Assembly: GCF_000009045.1 (NCBI RefSeq)
Contig: NC_000964.3
Location: 2,430,001-2,462,000 of the forward strand
Source of the DNA: Bacillus subtilis subsp. subtilis str. 168
Lineage (GTDB): Bacteria > Bacillota > Bacilli > Bacillales > Bacillaceae
Direction: 5' to 3'
DNA: 32,000 nucleotides
The position numbers and the translations under genes are program-made. The notes below the pieces were generated by a model. The model made no database searches, had not been told where the DNA came from, and worked only from the letters and a program-made list of their open reading frames with translations. Position 1 is the first letter of the stretch; every line of letters starts with the position of its first letter. Below, piece by piece: positions 1-8,266 of this stretch.

Positions 1-247
1 GATTTACTTTGCTTCCTTTTGTTAAATCATTCAGTGACGTAGCTTTGACTGTTTCAGGCATAACATCCACTGTGAATTGATTTTTTGTAAAATCAGTGAC
101 AGTCAGACAAATGCCGTTCACTGCAATGCTGTCGCCAAGATGAACATCCTCTAAAATCTTTGAGCATTTAATAGTTAAGGCCATTGCATGCCCTGCTTTT
201 TTCATGGATTCGATTGTGCCTGTTTCTTCGATAATTCCTGTAAACAT
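1..247 (-). CDS. ribE: riboflavin synthase alpha subunit, N-terminal ~82 codons (gene runs off the window start)
   Basis: My translation of the minus strand from the ATG at 247 gives MFTGIIEETGTIESMKKAGHAMALTIKCSKILEDVHLGDSIAVNGICLTVTDF..., a riboflavin-synthase lumazine-binding repeat. An SD-like AGGATGGTGA lies upstream. The start is 10 nt after the ribD stop, as in the rib operon. Confidence 0.9.
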   Translation of the reverse strand, partial: MFTGIIEETGTIESMKKAGHAMALTIKCSKILEDVHLGDSIAVNGICLTVTDFTKNQFTVDVMPETVKATSLNDLTKGSKVN

Positions 248-257
248 GGTCACCATC

Positions 258-1364
<1,107 letters not shown>

Positions 1365-1373
1365 TTATTTACC

Positions 1374-1640
1374 GTCAAAAAAGCCCCGAATTTATAAAAA
1401 ATTCGGGGCTTTAGGTATTTTACGCAATAGGAAATAACACTATGCATTTTTAAACATTTTGCATAGCGGCTCATCATCCTTCTCCCATCCAGACTTTCAC
1501 TGTCGGCTTCAGCTTAAACTGAATCCACCGCGTGCTTATGCACACGGGTCACGGGCTCTAAAGCAAATGTGCTTTACTACCGCCGGTCGGGATTTCCACC
1601 CTGCCCCGAAGGATACAATCTTTATTCATTTGTCCTTATT
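1374..1640 (-). promoter_or_regulatory. FMN riboswitch (RFN element) with intrinsic terminator in the rib operon leader
   Basis: The minus strand contains the conserved RFN strings ...CGGGGCAGGGTGGAAATCCCGACCGGCGGTAGTAAAGCAC... and ...CCGACAGTGAAAGTCTGGATGGGAGAAGGATGATGAG... These are followed by the hairpin AAAGCCCCGAATT/AATTCGGGGCTTT (1380-1412) and a T-run just upstream of the ribD SD. Confidence 0.9.
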
Positions 1641-1644
1641 GGTT

Positions 1645-1673
1645 ATTATAGCGATCCTTTTTAAAGTACGCAA
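1645..1673 (-). promoter_or_regulatory. sigma-A type promoter of the rib operon
   Basis: Minus strand TTGCGT (1668-1673), 17-nt spacer, TATAAT (1645-1650), placed just upstream of the riboswitch. Confidence 0.6.
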
Positions 1674-1695
1674 TGAAATAAACTTACAATTTGAG

Positions 1696-1737
1696 AAAAA
1701 CAAAACATCACCCTTCGATCCGAAAGGTGATGTTTTT
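1696..1737 (-). terminator. intrinsic terminator after ypuD
   Basis: Stem AAAACATCACC (1702-1712) pairs with GGTGATGTTTT (1726-1736). A T-rich tract follows on the minus strand, and the element abuts the ypuD stop codon. Confidence 0.6.
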
Positions 1738-2081
1738 TAATCATTCACTTTTGCAACCTTGATTAATCCGTCGATCCGCTTTGATTTGCTGAAGTAAGCC
1801 TTAATCTTGTCACCTTCTTTTATATCAGATAAATCCTGATTTAATTTTTTTCCGTTGAAGATGATTTTCGTTCCGTTTTCTGCTACTCCATGATACTCTG
1901 AGCCGTCAATTTTCGTCACTTTATATTCCTGGATGGTGTATTCCTCTTCTTCCGAGGACAAGGTTTGTCCAATTGCTGTCGGAACATCCTTCAGCTCAAT
2001 ATCATTTATGTACATATAACCGCCTGCAAGTAAAAGCAAAAGCACTAACAGAATGGTAATCTTGGTTTTTATTCTTCCCAT
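1737..2081 (-). CDS. ypuD: small membrane-anchored protein of unknown function (114 aa)
   Basis: Track ORF 1737-2114 trimmed to the ATG at 2081, because GGAGG lies 7 nt upstream. The N-terminus MGRIKTKITILLVLLLLLAGG is a signal-anchor helix. The symbol comes from my memory of gene order. Confidence 0.7.
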   Translation of the reverse strand: MGRIKTKITILLVLLLLLAGGYMYINDIELKDVPTAIGQTLSSEEEEYTIQEYKVTKIDGSEYHGVAENGTKIIFNGKKLNQDLSDIKEGDKIKAYFSKSKRIDGLIKVAKVND

Positions 2082-2281
2082 TTCTAAACCTCCAGCCAAT
2101 ATGAATCTATTCATTCATATGAGTTATTCCTTTTTTTCATGAATAAAAAACCGTAAATTCTCGTAAATTATTAATATAACGATGCATAACGGGAATATGT
2201 TTCACATTTCTGCAAAAATTTCTTTTCTATAGATATACGAATTTATGTTCTGTTTTTAGGGGATGACCGTAAAAAAGATAT

Positions 2282-2311
2282 AAAAAAAGCAGCCCCAATG
2301 GGAAGCTGCTT
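2282..2311 (-). terminator. intrinsic terminator after sipS
   Basis: Stem AAGCAGC (2287-2293) pairs with GCTGCTT (2305-2311), followed by a 7-T run on the minus strand. Confidence 0.65.
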
Positions 2312-2315
2312 GATC

Positions 2316-2870
2316 CTAATTTGTTTTGCGCATTTCGTTAAACGGGTAGAAAACAAACTTTGACGTACCCGCAATTTGTTTTTTCGTGAAGAGGCCAAGG
2401 CCGTTACGGCTGTCCATGGAATTGCGACGATTGTCACCCATCACAAAATACTTGTTATCAGGCACTTTAACCGGGCCGAAATCATCGGTCAAATGGTCAA
2501 AACCGTCCTGTTTCGCTCTCTTTTTATTAGCCGCCAAATAAGGTTCGTCCACCTTTTTCCCGTTGATATAGAGCTGGTCATTTTTCATCTCAACCGTATC
2601 GCCGGGAAGGCCGATAATACGTTTGACATAGTGAACATCATCTCCGTTTAACACGACGATGTCTCCTCTATCAAACTCGCCGATGTATTTGACTGTCATA
2701 TTAACAAAAACCCTTTCACGGTTGTGAAGTGTAGGATACATAGAGTCACCATCAACGACATACGGCGCAAAAATAAAGTTGCGGATGAGCAAAGCAAGAA
2801 CGACAGCAATCACAATTGCTTTTGCCCATTCTAATATTGACTTTTTCTTCGAAACATTTTCTGATTTCAA
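2316..2870 (-). CDS. sipS: type I signal peptidase
   Basis: Track ORF trimmed to the TTG at 2870, with GGAGG 6 nt upstream, giving 184 aa. It has the S26 peptidase motifs (catalytic Ser region GDSMYPTL, Lys region YVKRIIGLPGD, GDNRRNSMDSR). Confidence 0.93.
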   Translation of the reverse strand: MKSENVSKKKSILEWAKAIVIAVVLALLIRNFIFAPYVVDGDSMYPTLHNRERVFVNMTVKYIGEFDRGDIVVLNGDDVHYVKRIIGLPGDTVEMKNDQLYINGKKVDEPYLAANKKRAKQDGFDHLTDDFGPVKVPDNKYFVMGDNRRNSMDSRNGLGLFTKKQIAGTSKFVFYPFNEMRKTN

Positions 2871-2992
2871 CTGATTTCCTCCAATAAACAACGGTCTTCA
2901 ATTTATGTTATCACGAATCGAAAAAAAATCCCATTAGGACCATTGAAGTGATTTTACAAACTGTTAATCTTCATCTTCTACCCACATCATGC

Positions 2993-3279
2993 CTATTTTT
3001 TCTTGTCGATCATAACTAGGCCTGAAAATATTGAAAGAAATGAATCGCATAATTCAGAAGCGATGGACTCAGAAGAAAGAGAGTTCTCATATGCAAAATC
3101 TTTAGATCGTATATAAAGCATGAGGTTACGGGCAGTTTGTTCATTTACTGCATTCCATTGATCTCCCAGTCCATGATACCCATGGCACTTGACAAAACAA
3201 TTAACGTCATGAAGGTTACTGGAATGTTTGCGGCAACCTATTTCACAGGTGATAACCGCACCCCGTTTTTTGCTTTCAT
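2993..3279 (-). pseudogene. possible frameshifted gene: Cys/His-rich ~97-codon open frame without its own start codon
   Basis: The minus-strand frame is open from 3286 to the TAG at 2993-2995. It reads ...TCEIGCRKHSSNLHDVNCFVKCHGYHGLGDQWNAVNEQTARNLMLYIRSKDFAYENSLSSESIASELCDSFLSIFSGLVMIDKKK. There is no ATG/GTG/TTG start in the frame until an internal ATG about 57 codons in. An ATG at 3279 opens a 13-codon frame (MKAKNGVRLSPVK*), and a 1-nt change in the A6/G4 runs (3261-3271) would fuse it to the long frame. I see no clear SD. Confidence 0.3.
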
Positions 3280-3315
3280 AATATGTTTAAAATCATTCAA
3301 GCTCGAAAACATGGA

Positions 3316-3522
3316 TCAGCCTCCAAAAAATAAATCCAATATATTCCCGGCAGTTGAAGACTCTTTATTATAAAACTCTGAATATCCGCAGTTCTTACAG
3401 TAAACCACTAGAAATCGGTTATGCTGCACGTCAAACAGCTTTGATAATCCCGTGCCGGTTGTAGCTATTTCTTTTTGTCCGGCTTCAGTACTACCGCATT
3501 TTATACAGCCTTTGTTGTTCAT
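3316..3522 (-). CDS. small zinc-ribbon protein (two CxxC pairs), 68 aa
   Basis: Track ORF with a strong SD (AAAGGAG, 8-nt spacer). It has CIKCGS...CKNCGYSEFY, typical of small nucleic-acid-binding-type Zn-ribbon proteins. Confidence 0.75.
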   Translation of the reverse strand: MNNKGCIKCGSTEAGQKEIATTGTGLSKLFDVQHNRFLVVYCKNCGYSEFYNKESSTAGNILDLFFGG

Positions 3523-3630
3523 ATCGCGATCTCCTTTTCATTACATCACGTTTGTTTGATTTATTTTACTACAAAATATCAATCCCAATGACCCGTACTA
3601 CTTTAAAGTTTACTTAATTTTGATTACATA

Positions 3631-4346
3631 CTAATTGGGTTCGTTTCTCAGCTTGGTAAATCTTCTGGAGAAACGGAAAAGCTCCATGACCAAAACATTC
3701 AAACTCAGCCAAACACCGCCGAAGGCGTAACCCGCAGCAACATCACTCGGATACTGCTCATAAAGTACACACGGCTCAGCCCGATGAGGAATAAAACGAT
3801 AATAAACAAAAAAATGCAACAGTTTGCAGACGCGTCTTGTGAGAATGACGAACAAAAAGATAAGCACAAAAACCAAAAATGACAAATGCCGTTAAAGTCT
3901 GTTCGCTCGGGAATGGATATAATACATGACTTTCCAAAGGAGCGTGAACAGGATGAAGGGAATGAAAGAGCCGTCTGATTCCCTCTTCATAAAGCTCCCC
4001 ACCAATGACTAGGAAAAATAAGAAAGAGAGTTCGATTTTCCGATCTTGCCCTCTGAATACCGTCCAAAAAAAAGTTAGAACAATAACGGCTAACAGAACA
4101 CCTCTCGACGCAAAAGCTTTCTGAATTGCAGCTGGGCCCAGTCTATACCCGATCCAATACGACATGCTCACTCCCACAGCTCCCCAATCCGGCCGCTAAC
4201 ATGCTTAGCACCCAGTTTAACTTTTCTTGAAACACGAGAACACCGGCAAACTCTCCCGGTCCAAGTAAAGCTAGAAGCTCTAACATCAAGACAATAAACA
4301 AGACGGCATATCCGTACTGTTCGAGCAACCCCGTCAAAACTTGCAT
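3631..4346 (-). pseudogene. DedA-family / PAP2-phosphatase fusion gene disrupted by three frameshifts
   Basis: Three overlapping track ORFs (4143-4346, 3776-4177, 3631-3885), plus an unlisted third frame, join into one protein. The junctions are ...LAAGLG|AVGVSMSYWIGYRLGP (shift at C4 run 4182-4185), ...RLQTVAFF|LFIIVLFLIGLSRVYF (shift at A7 run 3808-3814), and SRVYF|xEQYPSDVAAGYAFGG (shift near 3759-3766). Confidence 0.75.
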
Positions 4347-4495
4347 GTGATTCTCCTTAAACTTTTTTGTTCTTTTATCATTCCCAATCCACTTTTTGTA
4401 TAATCAGCACAATTTTATCTTCAGTCGTCCAACAACATTGTCTATGGCGGGATCTTCTCTCATACATTCTTTTTTGACATAGGAGGAGCAATAGC

Positions 4496-4651
4496 ATGAA
4501 ATGGGAGGAAACAAAAGATACGCAGGGAGTTTGCCAAAATTTTGGGCAGTTCGTTCTGCCACCGAGTCAGGTGTTTGTTTGCCCACCTCATCCCTTGTCA
4601 ATTCCCCATTTTTCCCGTTTGAGGTTCGAAATGGTAAAGTATTTCACTTAG
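4496..4651 (+). CDS. candidate unlisted small ORF (51 aa)
   Basis: ATG at 4496 is preceded by AGGAGG (4481-4486). An extended -10 (TGTATAAT, about 4397-4404) lies upstream. Translation: MKWEETKDTQGVCQNFGQFVLPPSQVFVCPPHPLSIPHFSRLRFEMVKYFT. It falls below the track length cut-off and I recognise no family. Confidence 0.25.
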   Translation: MKWEETKDTQGVCQNFGQFVLPPSQVFVCPPHPLSIPHFSRLRFEMVKYFT

Positions 4652-5011
4652 TTTCTTACATGAAGAGGTAAATTCTTTGCTCACCGAACTAGGATAGCGG
4701 CGTATGGCGATTTCTACATTGCATAACCACTGGTTATTTAGTGAGCCGTGAGCAATGTATATGCACTTTGAGTCAGCACAGGATGATCCTATTACATTCG
4801 CCAGAAAAGCAGCTGCCGCATTCAGAGTAGTTAAAAGAATAGACAGATATCTGGGCTTCCGGAAGCTTTAAAGGAGGCTCTTTTTTCGAGCATTTTTATA
4901 AATCAATAAAAACAGGCATCTCCTAAATATTTTTGCCGATAAGTTTACGCTAATCAACTCTAGCACTAATACATATAAAAAATAGAATGATATGAAAGGA
5001 GACTTGATAGT

Positions 5012-5224
5012 ATGATTGATTATCCTATTAATATAAACAACGTTTCCGGGAACAGTGTAATTAACGTAGGCGGCGCTTTTATGATCAGGCCTTTAACTTT
5101 GTCCAAATCTGTGTTTGGCTCCGGAGGTTTAAACACAGGAATTGTCTTTGAAAATAACTTTGTAAGCAAAGCTAAAATGATTAATCATCAATTTACTGAT
5201 CAAAACGTCACCAAAACTTTTTAA
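5012..5224 (+). CDS. ypzD: GerPA/GerPF-family spore germination protein paralogue (70 aa)
   Basis: Track ORF with AAAGGAG upstream. It contains the GSGGLNTG and DQNV segments that I recall from GerPF-type proteins. A terminator follows directly. Confidence 0.75.
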   Translation: MIDYPININNVSGNSVINVGGAFMIRPLTLSKSVFGSGGLNTGIVFENNFVSKAKMINHQFTDQNVTKTF

Positions 5225-5269
5225 TGTATTCAATACACGGGGGTCACTAACTAAACACCTGGTTTTGCC

Positions 5270-5298
5270 AACCGCCATCAGCATTCGGCGGTTTTTTA
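5270..5298 (+). terminator. intrinsic terminator after ypzD
   Basis: Stem AACCGCC (5270-5276) pairs with GGCGGTT (5287-5293), then TTTTTAT. Confidence 0.6.
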
Positions 5299-5316
5299 TT
5301 GAACATTTTTGGCCAA

Positions 5317-5345
5317 TAAAAAAAGCTTCCTCTCTAAGAGGAAGC
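5317..5345 (-). terminator. intrinsic terminator after ppiB
   Basis: Stem GCTTCCTC (5325-5332) pairs with GAGGAAGC (5338-5345). The A8 run at 5317-5324 is the T-run on the minus strand. Confidence 0.65.
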
Positions 5346-5359
5346 CTTTTGCCTGCCGA

Positions 5360-5791
5360 TTAGCCTTCTACACGAACTTCTTTCATGACATCGCCATTAG
5401 ACATGTTTTTCGCGAATTCTAATCCGCTTGTTACTTTACCAAATACAGTGTGAACACCGTTCAAATGAGGCTGTGGCTCATGAACGATGAAAAATTGGCT
5501 GCCGCCAGTGTCTTTTCCGGCATGTGCCATAGAAAGTGCGCCCGCCTCATGTGTATGCGGGTTGCCTTCTGTTTCACATTTGATTGTGTATCCCGGACCG
5601 CCTGTACCAGTTCCGTGCGGGCATCCGCCTTGGCTGACGAAGCCAGGGATCACTCGGTGGAATGTAAGCCCGTCATAAAAGCCTTCGTTCGCAAGCTTTT
5701 CAAAGTTTGCAACAGTTCCAGGTGCAGCTTCAGGATAAAGTTCAAATTCAATTTTGTTCCCGTCTTCTAATAAAAAGTAACCTGTTTTCAA
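5360..5791 (-). CDS. ppiB: peptidyl-prolyl cis-trans isomerase (cyclophilin type)
   Basis: Cyclophilin motifs are present ([20 protein letters not shown]). I trimmed the track ORF to the TTG at 5791, giving 143 aa beginning [11 protein letters not shown], which matches my memory of PpiB. The longer start at 5824 has no SD. Confidence 0.9.
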   Translation of the reverse strand: MKTGYFLLEDGNKIEFELYPEAAPGTVANFEKLANEGFYDGLTFHRVIPGFVSQGGCPHGTGTGGPGYTIKCETEGNPHTHEAGALSMAHAGKDTGGSQFFIVHEPQPHLNGVHTVFGKVTSGLEFAKNMSNGDVMKEVRVEG

Positions 5792-5927
5792 TTGTATGCC
5801 TACTTTCTTTATTTTAATTTTCAAAGGAGATTATGTATAGGTTATAGCCTGTCTCTCCTTGTCGCGGCTATTATACCACACCTTTCGGGGGAAAACGAAT
5901 CTCCCGAGCTTTACTAAAAAATAAAAA

Positions 5928-5954
5928 TGAAACCTGAATCTCTTTATCTCCGTC
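5928..5954 (+). promoter_or_regulatory. ECF-sigma type promoter (SigM/W/X class) upstream of ypuA
   Basis: TGAAAC (5928-5933), 17-nt spacer, CGTC (5951-5954), about 90 nt upstream of the ypuA start. Confidence 0.55.
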
Positions 5955-6044
5955 TAACCTAACGGAACTGTATTTTTCATGATTCAGGTCCTCACAAAGC
6001 AGCACTATCCAGCTGCTTGTGAAATTGAAGGAGGTCAAACTGCT

Positions 6045-6917
6045 TTGAAGAAAATTTGGATTGGAATGCTGGCAGCGGCCGTTTTGCTGCTGATGGTTCC
6101 GAAGGTCAGTCTCGCGGATGCCGCAGTTGGAGATGTCATTGTAACACTGGGTGCTGATTTGTCAGAATCTGACAAACAAAAAGTGCTTGATGAAATGAAT
6201 GTCCCTGATAATGCCACAACGGTAACCGTGACCAATAAGGAAGAACATGAATATTTAGGAAAATATATATCGAACGCGCAAATCGGATCGAGAGCGATTT
6301 CTTCATCGTCAATCACCATTGCCAAAAAAGGCTCCGGATTGAATGTTGAGACCCATAATATCAGCGGCATCACAGATGAAATGTACCTGAATGCACTGAT
6401 GACAGCCGGTGTTAAAGATGCGAAGGTGTATGTTACAGCACCGTTTGAAGTATCCGGGACTGCCGCTTTAACTGGATTGATTAAGGCGTATGAAGTTTCT
6501 TCTGACGAAGCGATCTCGGAGGATGTTAAGCAGGTCGCCAACCAAGAGCTTGTCACGACATCAGAGCTTGGAGACAAAATCGGTAACGAAAATGCGGCAG
6601 CCCTGATTGCAAAAATCAAAGAAGAGTTTGCTAAAAACGGGGTGCCTGATAATAAAGCTGACATCGAAAAACAAGTGGATGACGCAGCTTCTGATTTAAA
6701 CGTCACACTTACAGACAGCCAAAAGAATCAGCTTGTCTCCCTATTCAATAAGATGAAAAACGCTGACATTGACTGGGGACAGGTCAGTGACCAGCTAGAT
6801 AAAGCGAAAGATAAGATTACGAAATTCATAGAATCAGATGAAGGCAAAAACTTCATCCAGAAAGTCATTGATTTCTTCGTATCTATCTGGAATGCGATTG
6901 TATCTATATTCAAATAA
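6045..6917 (+). CDS. ypuA: secreted/cell-envelope protein, DUF1002-like (290 aa)
   Basis: Track ORF trimmed to the TTG at 6045, with AAGGAGG 9 nt upstream. The N-terminal signal peptide is MKKIWIGMLAAAVLLLMVPKVSLADA. Confidence 0.85.
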   Translation: MKKIWIGMLAAAVLLLMVPKVSLADAAVGDVIVTLGADLSESDKQKVLDEMNVPDNATTVTVTNKEEHEYLGKYISNAQIGSRAISSSSITIAKKGSGLNVETHNISGITDEMYLNALMTAGVKDAKVYVTAPFEVSGTAALTGLIKAYEVSSDEAISEDVKQVANQELVTTSELGDKIGNENAAALIAKIKEEFAKNGVPDNKADIEKQVDDAASDLNVTLTDSQKNQLVSLFNKMKNADIDWGQVSDQLDKAKDKITKFIESDEGKNFIQKVIDFFVSIWNAIVSIFK

Positions 6918-6920
6918 GAA

Positions 6921-6950
6921 AAGCGCCGAAAAATCGGCGCTTTCTTTTAT
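6921..6950. terminator. bidirectional terminator shared by convergent ypuA and lysA
   Basis: Stem AAGCGCCGA (6921-6929) pairs with TCGGCGCTT (6934-6942), flanked by A-rich and T-rich tracts. It abuts the lysA stop codon (6947-6949). Confidence 0.7.
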
Positions 6951-8266
6951 TGCTTTACACCCGTTTTAAATGGCAGATCAAGTTTTACAATATCTTCGTA
7001 TGTTTCTCGCTTCACGACTAAATGAGCCTCACCGTTTTCGACAAATACAACGGCGGGTCTCGGAATACGGTTATAATTGTTGGCCATGCTGTATCCATAA
7101 GCGCCTGTACAAAAAACGGCAAGAAGATCGCCTTCTTTTACTTCCGGCAGGTCAATATCCCAAATCAGCATATCTCCGCTTTCACAGCACTTTCCGGCAA
7201 TTGATACCGTTTTGTCATGCGCTTCTCCGATCCTGTTGGCTGCCGCAGCTTCATATTTAGCTTGGTAAAGCGCAGGACGAATATTGTCGTTCATGCCTCC
7301 GTCTACAGCCACATATTGGCGGACACCCGGCACTTCTTTTTGAGAGCCAACCGTATAAAGAGTTGTGCCTGCGTCTCCCACGAGAGAACGGCCCGGTTCG
7401 ATCCAAATTTCCGGAATGTCAAAACCGTAACGGGAAGCATTTTCTTTCACAGCTTCGATAATTTTTTCAACGTATTCAGTGGCATGAAGCGGTTCATCAT
7501 CTTCCGTATAACGAATGCCGAAACCTCCTCCAAGATTCAGCACCTTGGATACAAATGAATATGAATCTCTCCATTCGTCTAGTTTTTTGAAGATTTTTTC
7601 CGCTGCTAACACAAAACCGGCCGTATCAAAGATTTGCGAGCCGATATGGCAATGGACACCCAGCAGCTGAATGTGTTCCGATTGTAATACTTGTTCAATG
7701 GCCCGTTCAGTTTGTCCGTTATGAAGATCGAAACCAAACTTTGAATCTTCCTGGCCCGTTGTAATGTAGTCATGCGTATGCGCTTCTACTCCGGGCGTGA
7801 TCCGAAGAAGAACATCGATGGAGTGACCCGTTTCTTTACATAGGTCTTCAAGAAGCGCGATTTCATAGAAATTATCCACCACAATGCAGCCGATGCGGTG
7901 CTCAAGCGCCATCCGCAGTTCTTCCCTGCTCTTATTGTTTCCATGAAAGTGGATGCGTTCTGCCGGAAAGCCTGCTGCAACAGCCGTATATAGCTCTCCT
8001 CCGGATACGACATCTAAAGAAAGTCCCTCTTCCTCAGCGAGCTGAATCATTGCGACTGATGAGAATGCTTTGCTCGCATATGCCACCTGTGCTTTCAGCC
8101 CTGCAGAAATAAACGCCTGCTTAAAGCTTTTAGCACGCTCACGTATTAAAGCCACATCATATACGTAAAGAGGTGTACCATATTTCTCCGCTAAATAGAG
8201 AGCATCCACACCTCCGATTTCTAAATGACCATGTTGATTTTGTCTGCTTGTGCCGTGTAAGAACAA
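6947..8266 (-). CDS. lysA: diaminopimelate decarboxylase
   Basis: PLP-dependent group IV decarboxylase motifs are present (YASKAF Lys region, GGGFGIRY, CESGD). I prefer the TTG at 8266 (439 aa, SD AGAGGGA 6 nt upstream) to the ATG at 8272, which sits too close to the SD. Confidence 0.93.
   Translation of the reverse strand: MFLHGTSRQNQHGHLEIGGVDALYLAEKYGTPLYVYDVALIRERAKSFKQAFISAGLKAQVAYASKAFSSVAMIQLAEEEGLSLDVVSGGELYTAVAAGFPAERIHFHGNNKSREELRMALEHRIGCIVVDNFYEIALLEDLCKETGHSIDVLLRITPGVEAHTHDYITTGQEDSKFGFDLHNGQTERAIEQVLQSEHIQLLGVHCHIGSQIFDTAGFVLAAEKIFKKLDEWRDSYSFVSKVLNLGGGFGIRYTEDDEPLHATEYVEKIIEAVKENASRYGFDIPEIWIEPGRSLVGDAGTTLYTVGSQKEVPGVRQYVAVDGGMNDNIRPALYQAKYEAAAANRIGEAHDKTVSIAGKCCESGDMLIWDIDLPEVKEGDLLAVFCTGAYGYSMANNYNRIPRPAVVFVENGEAHLVVKRETYEDIVKLDLPFKTGVKQ

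Noticed and set aside
3137-3373. 78-aa plus-strand ORF overlapping the Zn-ribbon gene
   Set aside because: It has no SD, overlaps the 3' end of a well-supported minus-strand gene, and lies antisense to the Cys/His-rich frame. I treat it as a shadow ORF.
4404-4601. 65-aa minus-strand ORF in the ypzD-upstream gap
   Set aside because: It has no SD and an odd composition, and it lies antisense to the SD-led plus-strand 51-aa ORF. It is most likely spurious.
4650-4870. Known riboswitch or T-box leader in the structured part of the 4.35-5.0 kb gap
   Set aside because: I could not find any conserved riboswitch core (no T-box AGGGTGGNACCGCG-like motif, no S-box, L-box or purine signatures). The hairpin at 4853-4866 lacks a proper U-tract. 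I kept the region only as an unexplained-region finding.
5792-5824. Longer ppiB start (154 aa)
   Set aside because: There is no SD before 5824. The TTG at 5791 gives the 143-aa cyclophilin I recognise. A residual chance remains that the longer form is used.
6035-6706. 223-aa ORF antisense to ypuA
   Set aside because: It is a Ser/Ala-rich low-complexity translation with no SD, and it lies fully inside a well-supported signal-peptide-bearing CDS on the other strand. This is a typical shadow ORF.
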